Of a stretch of DNA of 52,014 nt, positions 1-9,711 are shown piece after piece. A program made the translations under genes and the position numbers. A model generated the notes under the pieces. That model made no database searches, was not told the DNA's origin, and saw only the letters and a program-made list of their open reading frames with translations. Source of the DNA: an uncultured Gammaproteobacteria bacterium (GTDB lineage Bacteria; Pseudomonadota; Gammaproteobacteria; GCA-001735895); assembly GCA_947259305.1 (NCBI GenBank), contig CAMYML010000001.1, positions 1 to 52,014 on the forward strand. The letters are read 5' to 3'. Position 1 is the stretch's first letter. The number at the start of each line of letters is the position of its first letter.

Positions 1-2
1 TT

Positions 3-176
3 TATAAAAAAGAAGAACTGCCTGGGCGGCAAGTAGTCGCCGTCGTCAACTTCCCGCCCAAGCAGATCGGGCCGGTGCGCTCCGAGTGCCTGGTTACCGG
101 GTTCGCGCGTGAGGATGGCGCAATTGTGCTGGTGAGTCCCGATAGCGCGGTGCCGAACGGCGCTAAACTCGCGTGA
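3..176 (+). CDS. csaA: tRNA-binding/chaperone protein CsaA, 3' part (cut by window edge)
   Basis: Manual translation [34 protein letters not shown]...VPNGAKLA*; [10 protein letters not shown] and SExLVTG are CsaA hallmarks. Confidence 0.85.
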   Translation, partial: YKKEELPGRQVVAVVNFPPKQIGPVRSECLVTGFAREDGAIVLVSPDSAVPNGAKLA

Positions 177-235
177 AGTAGTTAGGCTATACTTAGGTTG
201 CGATTAAACCCCTGATATATATTGAGGAGATAAAA

Positions 236-607
236 ATGATTATTAAAAATACTCTGCGGTGCCTGCTGTTTGCCGTGGCGGCGCTGACGCTGAGCCTGCC
301 GAGCCAGGCAGCGATGGTCGGAACCGCACAAATACAATCGAACGCGGCCGCGATCGAACATGGCAACATGACTCAGCAACGTGACTGGCTCAGGCAACAC
401 CTGGTGCAGGGCGGGGTCAGTCAGACCGATGCCGTTAAACGCGTGGCGTCGATGACCGATGCCCAGGTCGCCAGCATCCACCAGCGCATCGACGAAATGC
501 CCGCGGGTGGTAGTGCTGGTGAGGTAATTATTATTATCGGACTGGTCCTGGTTATCACCGAACTAATGGGATACACCGATATCATACCCAACTGGCCTGC
601 CGAGTAA
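236..607 (+). CDS. PA2779-family exported protein
   Basis: GAGGAG RBS; signal peptide ending SQA-AMVGT; RVASMTDAQV...PAGG then hydrophobic tail ITELMGYTDI; next to a PA2778-like peptidase. Confidence 0.8.
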   Translation: MIIKNTLRCLLFAVAALTLSLPSQAAMVGTAQIQSNAAAIEHGNMTQQRDWLRQHLVQGGVSQTDAVKRVASMTDAQVASIHQRIDEMPAGGSAGEVIIIIGLVLVITELMGYTDIIPNWPAE

Positions 608-1555
608 TTGAAACTCGCTAACCGGCGCGCAGGCCAGCTGGTCTGCGCGTTGTTTTTATCGCTATACCTCGCTGGCTGCGCGACCTCGCCGCAGACACGC
701 CAGCTGCTGGATCACCCACCCGATATCCCGCCGCGAGTGGAGCTCGACGAGGTTCCATTCTTTCCACAGCTGGAATATCACTGTGGGCCCGCCTCGCTTG
801 CCGCAGTCCTGAACTACCGCGGCGTGGAAGTGTTGCCCGAAAAAATTGCCGAGCTGGTCTACGTGCCGGAGCTCAAAGGCAGTCTGCAGGTCGAGGTCGA
901 AGCCGCGGCCAGGCAATTCGACCTGCTGCCGGTAAAACTGGATGGCAGGCTCGAATCCTTGCTGCACGAAGTCGATGCCGGCAACCCGGTATTCGTGCTG
1001 CAAAACCTTGGCCTGGATATATATCCGGTCTGGCATTACGAAATCCTGATTGGTTATGACTTAAACGAGCGGCAGATGATTCTGCGTTCCGGGGTGCACC
1101 GCCGTATTACCCGAAGCTTCGCCCTGTTCGAGAAAACCTGGCAGCGCGCCGGTCACTGGGCGCTGACGCTTGTCGCCACCGATGAAATCCCGGCCAGCGC
1201 CAGTGCCGAAGCCTTTGTTGACGCGGTCATCGGTATGGAACAGGTTGGCCGGGTCGAGACTGCGCATAGCGCCTATGCCACGGCCAGGCGGCGCTGGCCC
1301 GATAACCTGCTGGCGCATAGTGGATTCGCGAACACGGCTTACGCGATGGGAAAATTCACGACCGCGGAATCGGCTTACCGCTCGGCCCTGAAGCTTGCGC
1401 CGAAGAAAGGCGAAGTCTGGAACAATCTCGCCTACACGCTGGCGCAGCTGGGCCGGCACGAAGCCTCGATGGACGCGATCCGGCGCGCGCTCGAGCTCGA
1501 TCCCGATAATCAGAATTTTAAAGACAGTTTCAAAGAATTGTCCGATTGGCAGTAA
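608..1555 (+). CDS. PA2778-family C39-like cysteine peptidase lipoprotein with C-terminal TPRs
   Basis: Lipobox LAGC; VPFFPQxxYHCGPASLA (catalytic Cys); WHYEILIGYD (His); TPR VWNNLAYTLAQLGRHEASMDAIRRALELDP. Confidence 0.85.
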   Translation: MKLANRRAGQLVCALFLSLYLAGCATSPQTRQLLDHPPDIPPRVELDEVPFFPQLEYHCGPASLAAVLNYRGVEVLPEKIAELVYVPELKGSLQVEVEAAARQFDLLPVKLDGRLESLLHEVDAGNPVFVLQNLGLDIYPVWHYEILIGYDLNERQMILRSGVHRRITRSFALFEKTWQRAGHWALTLVATDEIPASASAEAFVDAVIGMEQVGRVETAHSAYATARRRWPDNLLAHSGFANTAYAMGKFTTAESAYRSALKLAPKKGEVWNNLAYTLAQLGRHEASMDAIRRALELDPDNQNFKDSFKELSDWQ

Positions 1556-1609
1556 GTATCCAGAATCCCTCTTCGAGTTCGGCTTTCCCGTATTTTTAGA
1601 TGCCCGAAC

Positions 1610-1687
1610 TCAATCCGGGATCTGCAGGTAGATGTCGCCGTCGTAAATCAGCACCGGGATGATTTGCAGGTCGACGCAGACCGGGGC
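1610..1687 (-). pseudogene. 3' stub resembling a MocE-type Rieske ferredoxin C-terminus
   Basis: Manual translation APVCVDLQIIPVLIYDGDIYLQIPD*; in-frame stop 6 codons upstream, no Rieske ligands. Confidence 0.45.
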
Positions 1688-1793
1688 GATCGGAACGTTG
1701 CATCAACTGTTTTGTCAGTTTACGTTCGATCGAAACGCCGGATGATGCCGTGTTGGTCGGGATGGGCCTGTCAGGTTTGTTGCGCAGGGTTGG

Positions 1794-2558
1794 TTAAAGC
1801 TTGTAGTCGGGCTCTTCACGATCGAGAATTTCGCGCACTTCGCGCAGGTGCGCATCGCAGAAACCGACCTTGTCCATGTACTCTTCCCACTGGCGCGCAG
1901 TTTTCTCGGCAACCGCGTCGCTGGCGATACGCAGCGGTTTCTGCGTCGTCAGCGCCACGATGTAGTTTTGACAGGCGCGTTCGAAATAAAACAATTCGTC
2001 GAAGGCGCGCGCAATGCTGTTGCCGACCACCATGACGCCGTGGTTGCCCATGATCAGAACCCGTTTATTAGCCAGCGTCGTGGTCAGTCGTTCGGCTTCG
2101 TCACCAAGGCCCATGCCGTCAAAACTATCATCGATCGCGACACGGTTGAAGTAACGCATCGAGTTCTGGTCGATCGGCGGTAACGCGGAATCTACGAGCG
2201 AGGCCAGCACCGTGGCGTATTTCGAATGCACGTGCATGACGCAGCGGGCATGCGGCGCATTGCGATGCATGGCGCCATGAATCGCCCAGGCGGTCGGATC
2301 GGCTTTTTCGGCGATCTCGCTGTTGGCGTCGAGCAGCAGTAAATCGCTGGCGCGCATGTTTGAAAAATGACGCCCGAAGGGATTCACCAGGAACCTGTTG
2401 CCGCCTTCGTCGACCGCGTAACTGAAATGATTGGCGACCGCTTCGTCCATGTTGAGCCTTGCGGTCATGCGAAAAGCGGCCGCGAGGTTGAGCCGGTCTT
2501 CGTAATAGGGGTCCGTAGCGAATGAATTATCGCTGGTATCGACGACTGAAATCGACAT
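1794..2558 (-). CDS. Class II aldolase/adducin-family protein
   Basis: EAVANHFS, AIHGAMH, CVMHVHS, MGNHGV motifs; ATG at 2558 with CAGGAA RBS. Confidence 0.9.
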   Translation of the reverse strand: MSISVVDTSDNSFATDPYYEDRLNLAAAFRMTARLNMDEAVANHFSYAVDEGGNRFLVNPFGRHFSNMRASDLLLLDANSEIAEKADPTAWAIHGAMHRNAPHARCVMHVHSKYATVLASLVDSALPPIDQNSMRYFNRVAIDDSFDGMGLGDEAERLTTTLANKRVLIMGNHGVMVVGNSIARAFDELFYFERACQNYIVALTTQKPLRIASDAVAEKTARQWEEYMDKVGFCDAHLREVREILDREEPDYKL

Positions 2559-2669
2559 TTTGAATTCCTGTAAGTTCGCTTGGCCAGGAATTAAAACCCA
2601 GTAGCGCCGGACGGGCAATACAATTTTCTCGATCGCGCCGACAGGTATATTTGATTTATAGTAAGGCGC

Positions 2670-3260
2670 ATGAATCACTTCGCGCACCTGGTGCTGTCGC
2701 AGCCCACGCTGGAATCGACCGTTGGTAACCTGCTTGGCGATTTCGCGCGCGGTCTCGATCAGGACAGCCTGTCGCAGGCTGTCATGGCGGGATTGGAGAA
2801 TCATCGCGCGGTGGATCGTTTTACCGATGCGCATCCGCGGGTGCAGGAAATGAAGAGCGGCTTCAGTCGTGAACGCAGGCGCTTTGCCGGGATTGCGCTC
2901 GATATTTACTTCGATCATTTGCTGATCAATCACTGGCAGCAGTTCGAACAGCGCCACCTCGAATCCCTGATTGCCGATTTTTATCGACGCATGGCGGCGG
3001 GCCGCGGACTGATGCCCGATGAAAACATGCGTTACGTCACCCGGCGCATGGTCGAATACGACTGGTTTGGATCCTATCGCGATATCGAAGCGGTCGCAGA
3101 ATCGCTCGATCGCGTCGCCGGGCGCATCAGGTTCGCCAACCGCTTCGATAATGCGATCGAGGATTTACTGCGTAATCACGACATGATTTACGCTGGATTC
3201 CTCGAGTTCTACCCGCAGCTGCAGCAGCACGTGGCGGAACTGGCGCTCGAAACGGGCTAG
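2670..3260 (+). CDS. acpH: Acyl carrier protein phosphodiesterase
   Basis: MNHFAHL, GNLLGDF, HRAVDRFTDAHP, DIYFDHLL, FLEFYPQL. Confidence 0.9.
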   Translation: MNHFAHLVLSQPTLESTVGNLLGDFARGLDQDSLSQAVMAGLENHRAVDRFTDAHPRVQEMKSGFSRERRRFAGIALDIYFDHLLINHWQQFEQRHLESLIADFYRRMAAGRGLMPDENMRYVTRRMVEYDWFGSYRDIEAVAESLDRVAGRIRFANRFDNAIEDLLRNHDMIYAGFLEFYPQLQQHVAELALETG

Positions 3261-4654
3261 CAGTCGACGACCTTACCCGGGTTCATGATGTTTTGTGGAT
3301 CCAGCGCCCGCTTGATTGCCTGCATCGCCTCCACCGCGCCATCGCCGTGCTCGTTGCGCATATGCTTGAGCTTACCGAGACCGATGCCGTGTTCGCCGGT
3401 GCAGGTGCCACCCATGTCGAGCGCGCGCTGCACCATGCGTTTATCGACTTCGAGTGCTTTTGCAAACATCGCCTCGTCGTCGGGGTCGATAAACATCGTG
3501 GCATGAAAATTTCCGTCACCGACGTGGCCCAGCACCGGTGCGAACAAACCCGAGGCCGCGATATCCGCCTGGGTTTCGGTGATGCAATCCGCCAGGCGCG
3601 AAATCGGTACGCAGACGTCGGTGACGTAACCGTGATAACCCGGGTGCACGGCGAGACCGGCGTAGTAAGCGTCATGCCGCGCGCGCCAGAGTTTTTGCCG
3701 ATCTTCCTCTTTGTCCGCCCATTGAAAGCCGGTTGCGCCGAATTCCTGCGAGATTTCATCGAACATCTGCACCTGCTCGGCGACGCCCGCGCGGGTACCG
3801 TGAAATTCCAGAAACAGTGTGGCAAGGTCGGGATAGTCGGTCTGGCTATAGGTATTGATAGCCTTGATATAGTCGCGGTCGATAATTTCGATACGCGCCA
3901 TTGGAATGCCCATCTGGATCGTCATGATGGTGGCTTCCGCGGCCGAGCGCACGTCGGGAAAGTTGACGATCGCGGCCGAAATCGATTCACATAAACCATG
4001 CAGCCTGAGGCAAATTTCGGTAATTACACCCAGGGTGCCTTCCGAACCGACGAACAGGCGCGTGAGATCGTAGCCGGCGGCCGACTTGCGCGCGCGGGTG
4101 CCGGTCTTGATGATGTCTCCATTGGCGGTCACCACGGTCAAACCCAGCACGTTTTCGCGCATGGTGCCGTAGCGCACGGCATTGGTGCCTGAGGCGCGCG
4201 TCGCCGTCATGCCGCCGATCGAGGTATCGGCGCCCGGATCGATCGGGAAAAACAGGCCGGTATCGTGTAGATACTGGTTTAGTTGACGCCGCGTAACCCC
4301 GGCTTGCACGCGGCAGTCCATATCCTCGTTGTTGACTTCGAGGATTTGATTCATCTGGCTGAGATCGATGCAGATGCCGCCGTTGACGGCCTGCACCTGG
4401 CCCTCCAGCGAAGTGCCGGTGCCAAACGCGATTACCGGGGTTGCGCTGGCGGCACAGAGTTTCACCACCGCGGAGACCTCGTCGCTACTCTGCACAAAAC
4501 AAACCGCGTCGGGCGCCTGCACCGGGTGCCAGGATTCACCATGACCATGCTGTTCTCGCACCGAGGCGTTGGTGCTGAGACGCTCGCCCAGCATTTCGCG
4601 TAATTGTCCAATCAGGATTTCACGCGTGGAAACTTCAGCTGCAGGTCGGTTCAT
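3257..4654 (-). CDS. FAD-linked oxidase, D-lactate dehydrogenase (cytochrome)-like
   Basis: FGTGTSLEG, FPIDPGA, ASGTNAVRYG, GSEGTLG, HVGDGNFH, GEHGIG, NPGK; start chosen at MNRPAA (ORF open to 4690). Confidence 0.88.
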   Translation of the reverse strand: MNRPAAEVSTREILIGQLREMLGERLSTNASVREQHGHGESWHPVQAPDAVCFVQSSDEVSAVVKLCAASATPVIAFGTGTSLEGQVQAVNGGICIDLSQMNQILEVNNEDMDCRVQAGVTRRQLNQYLHDTGLFFPIDPGADTSIGGMTATRASGTNAVRYGTMRENVLGLTVVTANGDIIKTGTRARKSAAGYDLTRLFVGSEGTLGVITEICLRLHGLCESISAAIVNFPDVRSAAEATIMTIQMGIPMARIEIIDRDYIKAINTYSQTDYPDLATLFLEFHGTRAGVAEQVQMFDEISQEFGATGFQWADKEEDRQKLWRARHDAYYAGLAVHPGYHGYVTDVCVPISRLADCITETQADIAASGLFAPVLGHVGDGNFHATMFIDPDDEAMFAKALEVDKRMVQRALDMGGTCTGEHGIGLGKLKHMRNEHGDGAVEAMQAIKRALDPQNIMNPGKVVDC

Positions 4655-4855
4655 GATCGGTCGCCCCGGGGTAGACTGGTTTTGCGCCAATTATGCTACA
4701 TCGCAGGCCTATTATCACGACTATCTGCGCTATCCTGCCAGCATGGACAAAGCCCGGATCGGGTATATACTCAAGTTTATCGAAAAGGTATCCATCAAGA
4801 AGACCCAAAAACGATACCGTTCAATGCAATGCTGGCGGCAGGGCATACATAAAGC

Positions 4856-7129
4856 GTGACTCATCCAAATCCCAGATTACCGCTCGACTCCGCGCTGGAG
4901 GCGGAGCTGGCAAAATTTCGTCAACACCAGGCATTGCTTGACAGGACGGAACTGGTCGCACATATCGGGCATTTCGAATGGAGTTACGAGCTCGATCGCC
5001 TGCTGTCCTGCTCGGAAGAGTACGCGCGCATGTACGGCATGACCGTCGACGAAATCCTGGCTGCACACAGCAGCTGGGGAAAAGTTTTGCAACAGGTTCA
5101 TCCCGACGACCGGCACATTTTCGAGAAGTCGGGGCAAGCCTTACGCCGTGACAAGTCGATCGATATCGAGTTCAGGGTAGTTCTGAAAAGCGGTGAAATC
5201 AGGCATATACGTGAGTATGCCATCGAAGTGACCGACGCAACCGGTGCCGAGATCGGTAGCTTCGGCATTTTGCAGGATATCAGCGAAAGGATTAAGCATG
5301 AGCGCGATCTCGAGTACCGCGACGAACTGGCGCGGCAAACCGAGGCGATTACCGATATCGGACATTTCATCTACGACGAAAGCAATGAACGTTATGTTTA
5401 TATAAGCGATGGTTGCGCTCGCATTTACGGCACCTCGGCTGAAGAATATCTGCAGAAAATGCTTAGCGTCGAGGATGATCTTGCCGATATCGTGGCCGAG
5501 GATCGGCAGCGGGTTGCCGAAGAGTACGCCAACTATCTGAGCACGGGGCAGGACTGTGCCATCGAGTATCGCATTGTGCGCGCCGATGGCGCGATTCGAT
5601 GGCTGCGCGAGCTGACGCGGGCGAAACTCAAAAAGGATGGTCGCGTCATGCAGACGCTTGGCGTGGTGCAGGACATTACCGAGCGCGTGAAGCGCGAGCA
5701 GGATCTGATGTTCAAGGACGTGATGGCGAGCCAGGCCGAAGCGATTACCGATATCGGATATTTCCTGTTCGATGAACGCGAGAACCATCATCTATTTGTT
5801 AGTCCCGGTCAGGCGCGTATCGTCGGCATGAGCGTCGAGGAGTACAACCACCGCGTCAAAACCAACGAGGATTATCTACAGCTGGTTTACGCGGAAGATC
5901 GTGACAAAGTCTGGGAGTGCTATTACGAGACTCTCAAAAGCAAGGGCGGCTGGGCGGTTGAGTACCGGGTTGAGCTTGCGGACGGCGAGTTACGCTGGGT
6001 GCGTGAAATCGGCCGTGAGCACAGCCGCGATGCCAATGGCGTGATCCAGAGCATCGGGGTGATTCAGGATATTACCGAGCAGAAAAACATCGAGCAGGAA
6101 TTGCTTTACAAGGATGCCCTCGCCAACCAGGCCGAAGCGATCACCGATATCGGTCACTTCATCTACGACGAAATAAAACAGAAATATCTCTACGTGAGCC
6201 CCGGACTGTCGCGCATCCATGGCATGGGCGAAGACGAAGTCGTTACCCGCATCGTCTCCTGGGAGGGGGATCTGGATTTGATTCATCCCGAAGATCGGGA
6301 AAACGTGCGCCGCTCCTACGATAAATTCCTTGCGGAAGGCGGCGACTGGCAGGTCGATTATCGTCTGATGCGCAAAGATGGAGAAGTTCGCTGGATTCGC
6401 GAAATGGGCAAGGCCTACGTGATCAACCACGGCATTCCGGAACAGACCATCGGCGTGTTGCAGGATATTACCGAACAGAAAAACGCCGAGCGGGAAATCA
6501 TCCGCGCCAAGGAAACGCTCGAGCAGCAGGTGGTGGAACGCACCCGTGAGCTTGCCAATACGGTTAAGCAGCTGCAGGAAGAAATCGAAGAGCGAGAAAA
6601 AATTGCCGCCGAGCTCGATTTTCTCGCCAACCACGACGCGCTCACGGGTTTGCCCAGTTTGCGCCTGTGCAAAGACCGGCTGGATCAATCCCTGGCCGAA
6701 GCGCGCCGTAATCGGCAAACCTCCGCGGTGATGTTTCTCGATCTCGACGGTTTCAAGGCGGTCAACGATCAATACGGTCACGAGTTCGGCGACCTGGTGT
6801 TGAAGGTTACCGCGGATCGTATCAGGGCCGAAATCCGGGAAACCGATACCGTCGCGCGCATCGGCGGTGATGAATTCGTGATTATATTATCGAGCCTGCC
6901 CGAGAACGGAATCGCGCAGCGCATCGCGACTAACCTTAACGCCCAGCTTGCCAATCCGATTATTATCGAGGAAGTAAAGGTCGAGGTTAGCGCCAGCATC
7001 GGAATTTCGCTCTATCCCGAAAATGGTACTACCGCCGAAGAGTTGATCCGCACCGCCGACAAGGCTATGTACCGGGTAAAACGCGACGGCAAGAATGATT
7101 TCGGCTTTGTCAGCACGGCGCAATTTTAG
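4856..7129 (+). CDS. Diguanylate cyclase with four PAS/PAC domains
   Basis: Four repeats ending QDI(S/T)E; coiled coil; FLDLDGFK, RETD I-site, ARIGGDEF. Confidence 0.92.
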   Translation: MTHPNPRLPLDSALEAELAKFRQHQALLDRTELVAHIGHFEWSYELDRLLSCSEEYARMYGMTVDEILAAHSSWGKVLQQVHPDDRHIFEKSGQALRRDKSIDIEFRVVLKSGEIRHIREYAIEVTDATGAEIGSFGILQDISERIKHERDLEYRDELARQTEAITDIGHFIYDESNERYVYISDGCARIYGTSAEEYLQKMLSVEDDLADIVAEDRQRVAEEYANYLSTGQDCAIEYRIVRADGAIRWLRELTRAKLKKDGRVMQTLGVVQDITERVKREQDLMFKDVMASQAEAITDIGYFLFDERENHHLFVSPGQARIVGMSVEEYNHRVKTNEDYLQLVYAEDRDKVWECYYETLKSKGGWAVEYRVELADGELRWVREIGREHSRDANGVIQSIGVIQDITEQKNIEQELLYKDALANQAEAITDIGHFIYDEIKQKYLYVSPGLSRIHGMGEDEVVTRIVSWEGDLDLIHPEDRENVRRSYDKFLAEGGDWQVDYRLMRKDGEVRWIREMGKAYVINHGIPEQTIGVLQDITEQKNAEREIIRAKETLEQQVVERTRELANTVKQLQEEIEEREKIAAELDFLANHDALTGLPSLRLCKDRLDQSLAEARRNRQTSAVMFLDLDGFKAVNDQYGHEFGDLVLKVTADRIRAEIRETDTVARIGGDEFVIILSSLPENGIAQRIATNLNAQLANPIIIEEVKVEVSASIGISLYPENGTTAEELIRTADKAMYRVKRDGKNDFGFVSTAQF

Positions 7130-7176
7130 CCTGATGCGCAGCGAGTCGACGACTTTGAAACAGCAACGGTCTGCGC

Positions 7177-8667
7177 GTGCCGGCAAAAAATAAAAAACTG
7201 TCGAAATCAGCCGTACTGGAAGCCGAACTCGATCGGCTGCGCCATCGTGAACTGTTACTCGATGTAACCGAGCAGATAGCGCACATCGGGCATTGTGAAT
7301 GGGACTTTGAAAACAACCGGATTAAATCCTGTTCCGACGGTTACGCGCGTATTTTCAATCAGACTGTCGACGAAGTCATCGAGGCGCATAGCAACTGGGA
7401 GCAGGTGCTTGCTGCGATACATCCGGAAGACAGGGAGCTATACGCGCGCTCTTACTTTTCGCAACTGGAGTCGGGTTCACATGAAATTGAGTATCGCCTC
7501 GCTCTCGGCGATGGTGCGATCCAGTACATCTACGAGACCGGGGCGGTCGAGTTCGATGAGGCAGGCAAAGTTATCGCCGCTTTCGGTTTGCTGCAGGATA
7601 TTACCGAGCGCAAGATCCACCAGCAGGACCTCGAAAACCGCGATGCGCTTACCCAGCAGGTCGAAGCCATCACCGACATCGGGCATTTTATTTTCGACCT
7701 GATCGACGAAACCTATATATACATCAGCCAGGGTTTTGCCAGGATTCACGGCGTCAGCGTCGACGAGTACGTCAGTATGGTCAATTCGCGCGCAGACGAT
7801 ATCGAAGACGTGCACCCCGATGATTATGCCGATCTTGCCGAGGTTTACGAACGGCATCGCAAAACTGGCGAAGACTTTAATATCAAATATCGAATCTATC
7901 GCTCCGACGGCGAGTTACGCTGGATCAGGGAACAGAGTACGACCTTACGCTCGGCAAGTGGTGAAGTGCTGCAGTCGATCGGGGTACTGCAGGATATAAC
8001 CGAGCAAACCAATATCGAACAAAGTTTACGCGAGGCGCGAGATTCCCTCGAGGCGATGGTGAAGAGCCGAACCCGCAAGCTGGCGGCCACGGTGAAACAA
8101 CTCGAAAGCGAAATCAGGGAGCGTGAAAAAATTGCCGCCGAGCTCGATTTCCTGGCCAACCATGATGCCTTGACCGGCTTGCCCAGCCTGCGGCTGTGCA
8201 AGGACCGCCTCGATCACTCGTTGGCCGAAGCGCGGCGTAACCGACAAATGTCGGCCGTAATGTTTCTTGATCTCGATGGATTCAAGGAGGTCAACGATGA
8301 ACATGGGCATGAATTCGGTGACCTGGTGCTGAAAGCGACCGCCGACCGGATCAAGGCCGGGATTCGCGAAACCGATACCGTGGCCCGCATCGGTGGCGAC
8401 GAGTTCGTAATAATTTCGTCGAGCCTGCCCGAGGTCAAGATCGCCGAACGCATCGCGGCCAGCCTGATTCAGCAGATCGCGCGGCCGATCCATATCGAAA
8501 ATGCCCGGGTTGTGATCAGCGCCAGTATCGGGATTTCGGTGTACCCCGAAAACGGCACCACCGCCGAAGAATTGATTCGCGCCGCCGACAAGGCGATGTA
8601 CCGAATCAAGCACCAGGGTAAAAACAACTATGGTTTCGTAACCCCGGCCAACCCGCAGCAGGACTGA
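7177..8667 (+). CDS. Diguanylate cyclase with two PAS/PAC domains, paralog of upstream gene
   Basis: Two PAS/PAC repeats; GGDEF domain nearly identical in protein sequence to 4856..7129. Confidence 0.92.
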   Translation: MPAKNKKLSKSAVLEAELDRLRHRELLLDVTEQIAHIGHCEWDFENNRIKSCSDGYARIFNQTVDEVIEAHSNWEQVLAAIHPEDRELYARSYFSQLESGSHEIEYRLALGDGAIQYIYETGAVEFDEAGKVIAAFGLLQDITERKIHQQDLENRDALTQQVEAITDIGHFIFDLIDETYIYISQGFARIHGVSVDEYVSMVNSRADDIEDVHPDDYADLAEVYERHRKTGEDFNIKYRIYRSDGELRWIREQSTTLRSASGEVLQSIGVLQDITEQTNIEQSLREARDSLEAMVKSRTRKLAATVKQLESEIREREKIAAELDFLANHDALTGLPSLRLCKDRLDHSLAEARRNRQMSAVMFLDLDGFKEVNDEHGHEFGDLVLKATADRIKAGIRETDTVARIGGDEFVIISSSLPEVKIAERIAASLIQQIARPIHIENARVVISASIGISVYPENGTTAEELIRAADKAMYRIKHQGKNNYGFVTPANPQQD

Positions 8668-8784
8668 TCGGTCCGGGGTTTCTGGATAAAGCGCAACAGC
8701 CGAACAGGCTCGATAAAATTACTCGAAGTTAGCGTTGACAGCGTTTAAGCTCGATTTCTGAAATTTTCCCGGAGTGACGCCGAC

Positions 8785-9711
8785 GTGTCGCGCTATCAAA
8801 ACAATAACCTGCTCGGCATCGGCCTGATGATGCTGGCGATGTTGCTGTTCGAAGTCATGGACGCGGTCGCCAAGTGGCTGGTCAGCGCGGAGATGTCGGC
8901 GATCCAGGTGATCGCGGTGCGCAGCTGGATTCTCGTGATCCTGATTCCGCTGATTCTCGGGCTTCGGGGAGAACTGTCGGAACTGGTTACCCGGCAGCCC
9001 CTGCAGCACGCGGTGCGCGGGGTGATCGGATTTTTTGCGCCTTTCACTTTTTTCACTTCGCTTAAAACCCTGCCCCTGGCCGATGCGACCGTGGTATTTT
9101 TCAGCGCCACCTTTATCCTCACCGCGGCTTCGGCAATCTTCCTCAAGGAGCGGGTCGGCATACATCGCTGGAGCGCCGTCGTGATCGGATTCGCGGGCGT
9201 CGTCATTGCGATGAACCCACAGGGCGGAGGTCCGTTCGGCTCTTATCTGCTGGTGCTTTGCGCGGCCTGTATCTACTCGATGATTTTTATCTACGGCAAG
9301 CAGCTGTCGAAGCGGGACTCGGTGATTCTACTGGTATTTTCTCTGCAGCTGGGCATGGGCGTCGCGGCGACCGCCGCGTTACCCTGGGTCTGGGTTCCCC
9401 TCGAGCCCTCGGCGCTGGGGCAGCTATTCCTGATGTCCGCTATCGCGCTGATCGCGCACTATGCTTTCGCCGCCGCCTTTGCGCGGGCCGATGTATCGGC
9501 GTTGGCGCCGTTTGAGTATACCGCGCTGGTCTGGGCGACAATCATCGGCTACGTCATCTGGCGTGAGATACCTTCAACCGAGGTCTGGATTGGAGCGGCA
9601 ATAATTATTTCCTGTGGACTCTATGTCATCCACCGCGAATCGTTGCGCCACAGGGCTGAAAATAGCAAGCGGGGCTCTAACCCAAAGCCAACCGGGTTGA
9701 GTGACAGATGA
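8785..9711 (+). CDS. DMT/EamA-family transporter
   Basis: About 10 hydrophobic segments; LPLADAT, LKERVG, LAPFEY. Confidence 0.9.
   Translation: MSRYQNNNLLGIGLMMLAMLLFEVMDAVAKWLVSAEMSAIQVIAVRSWILVILIPLILGLRGELSELVTRQPLQHAVRGVIGFFAPFTFFTSLKTLPLADATVVFFSATFILTAASAIFLKERVGIHRWSAVVIGFAGVVIAMNPQGGGPFGSYLLVLCAACIYSMIFIYGKQLSKRDSVILLVFSLQLGMGVAATAALPWVWVPLEPSALGQLFLMSAIALIAHYAFAAAFARADVSALAPFEYTALVWATIIGYVIWREIPSTEVWIGAAIIISCGLYVIHRESLRHRAENSKRGSNPKPTGLSDR

Noticed and set aside
2559-2957. 133-aa extension of the aldolase ORF
   Set aside because: Mostly antisense to acpH; RBS and family motifs point to ATG 2558.
4730-4842. Possible c-di-GMP riboswitch before the cyclases (GCCAGCAT/ATGCTGGC and GGTATC/GATACC stems)
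   Set aside because: Lacks the conserved class I/II core motifs; short stems may be chance.
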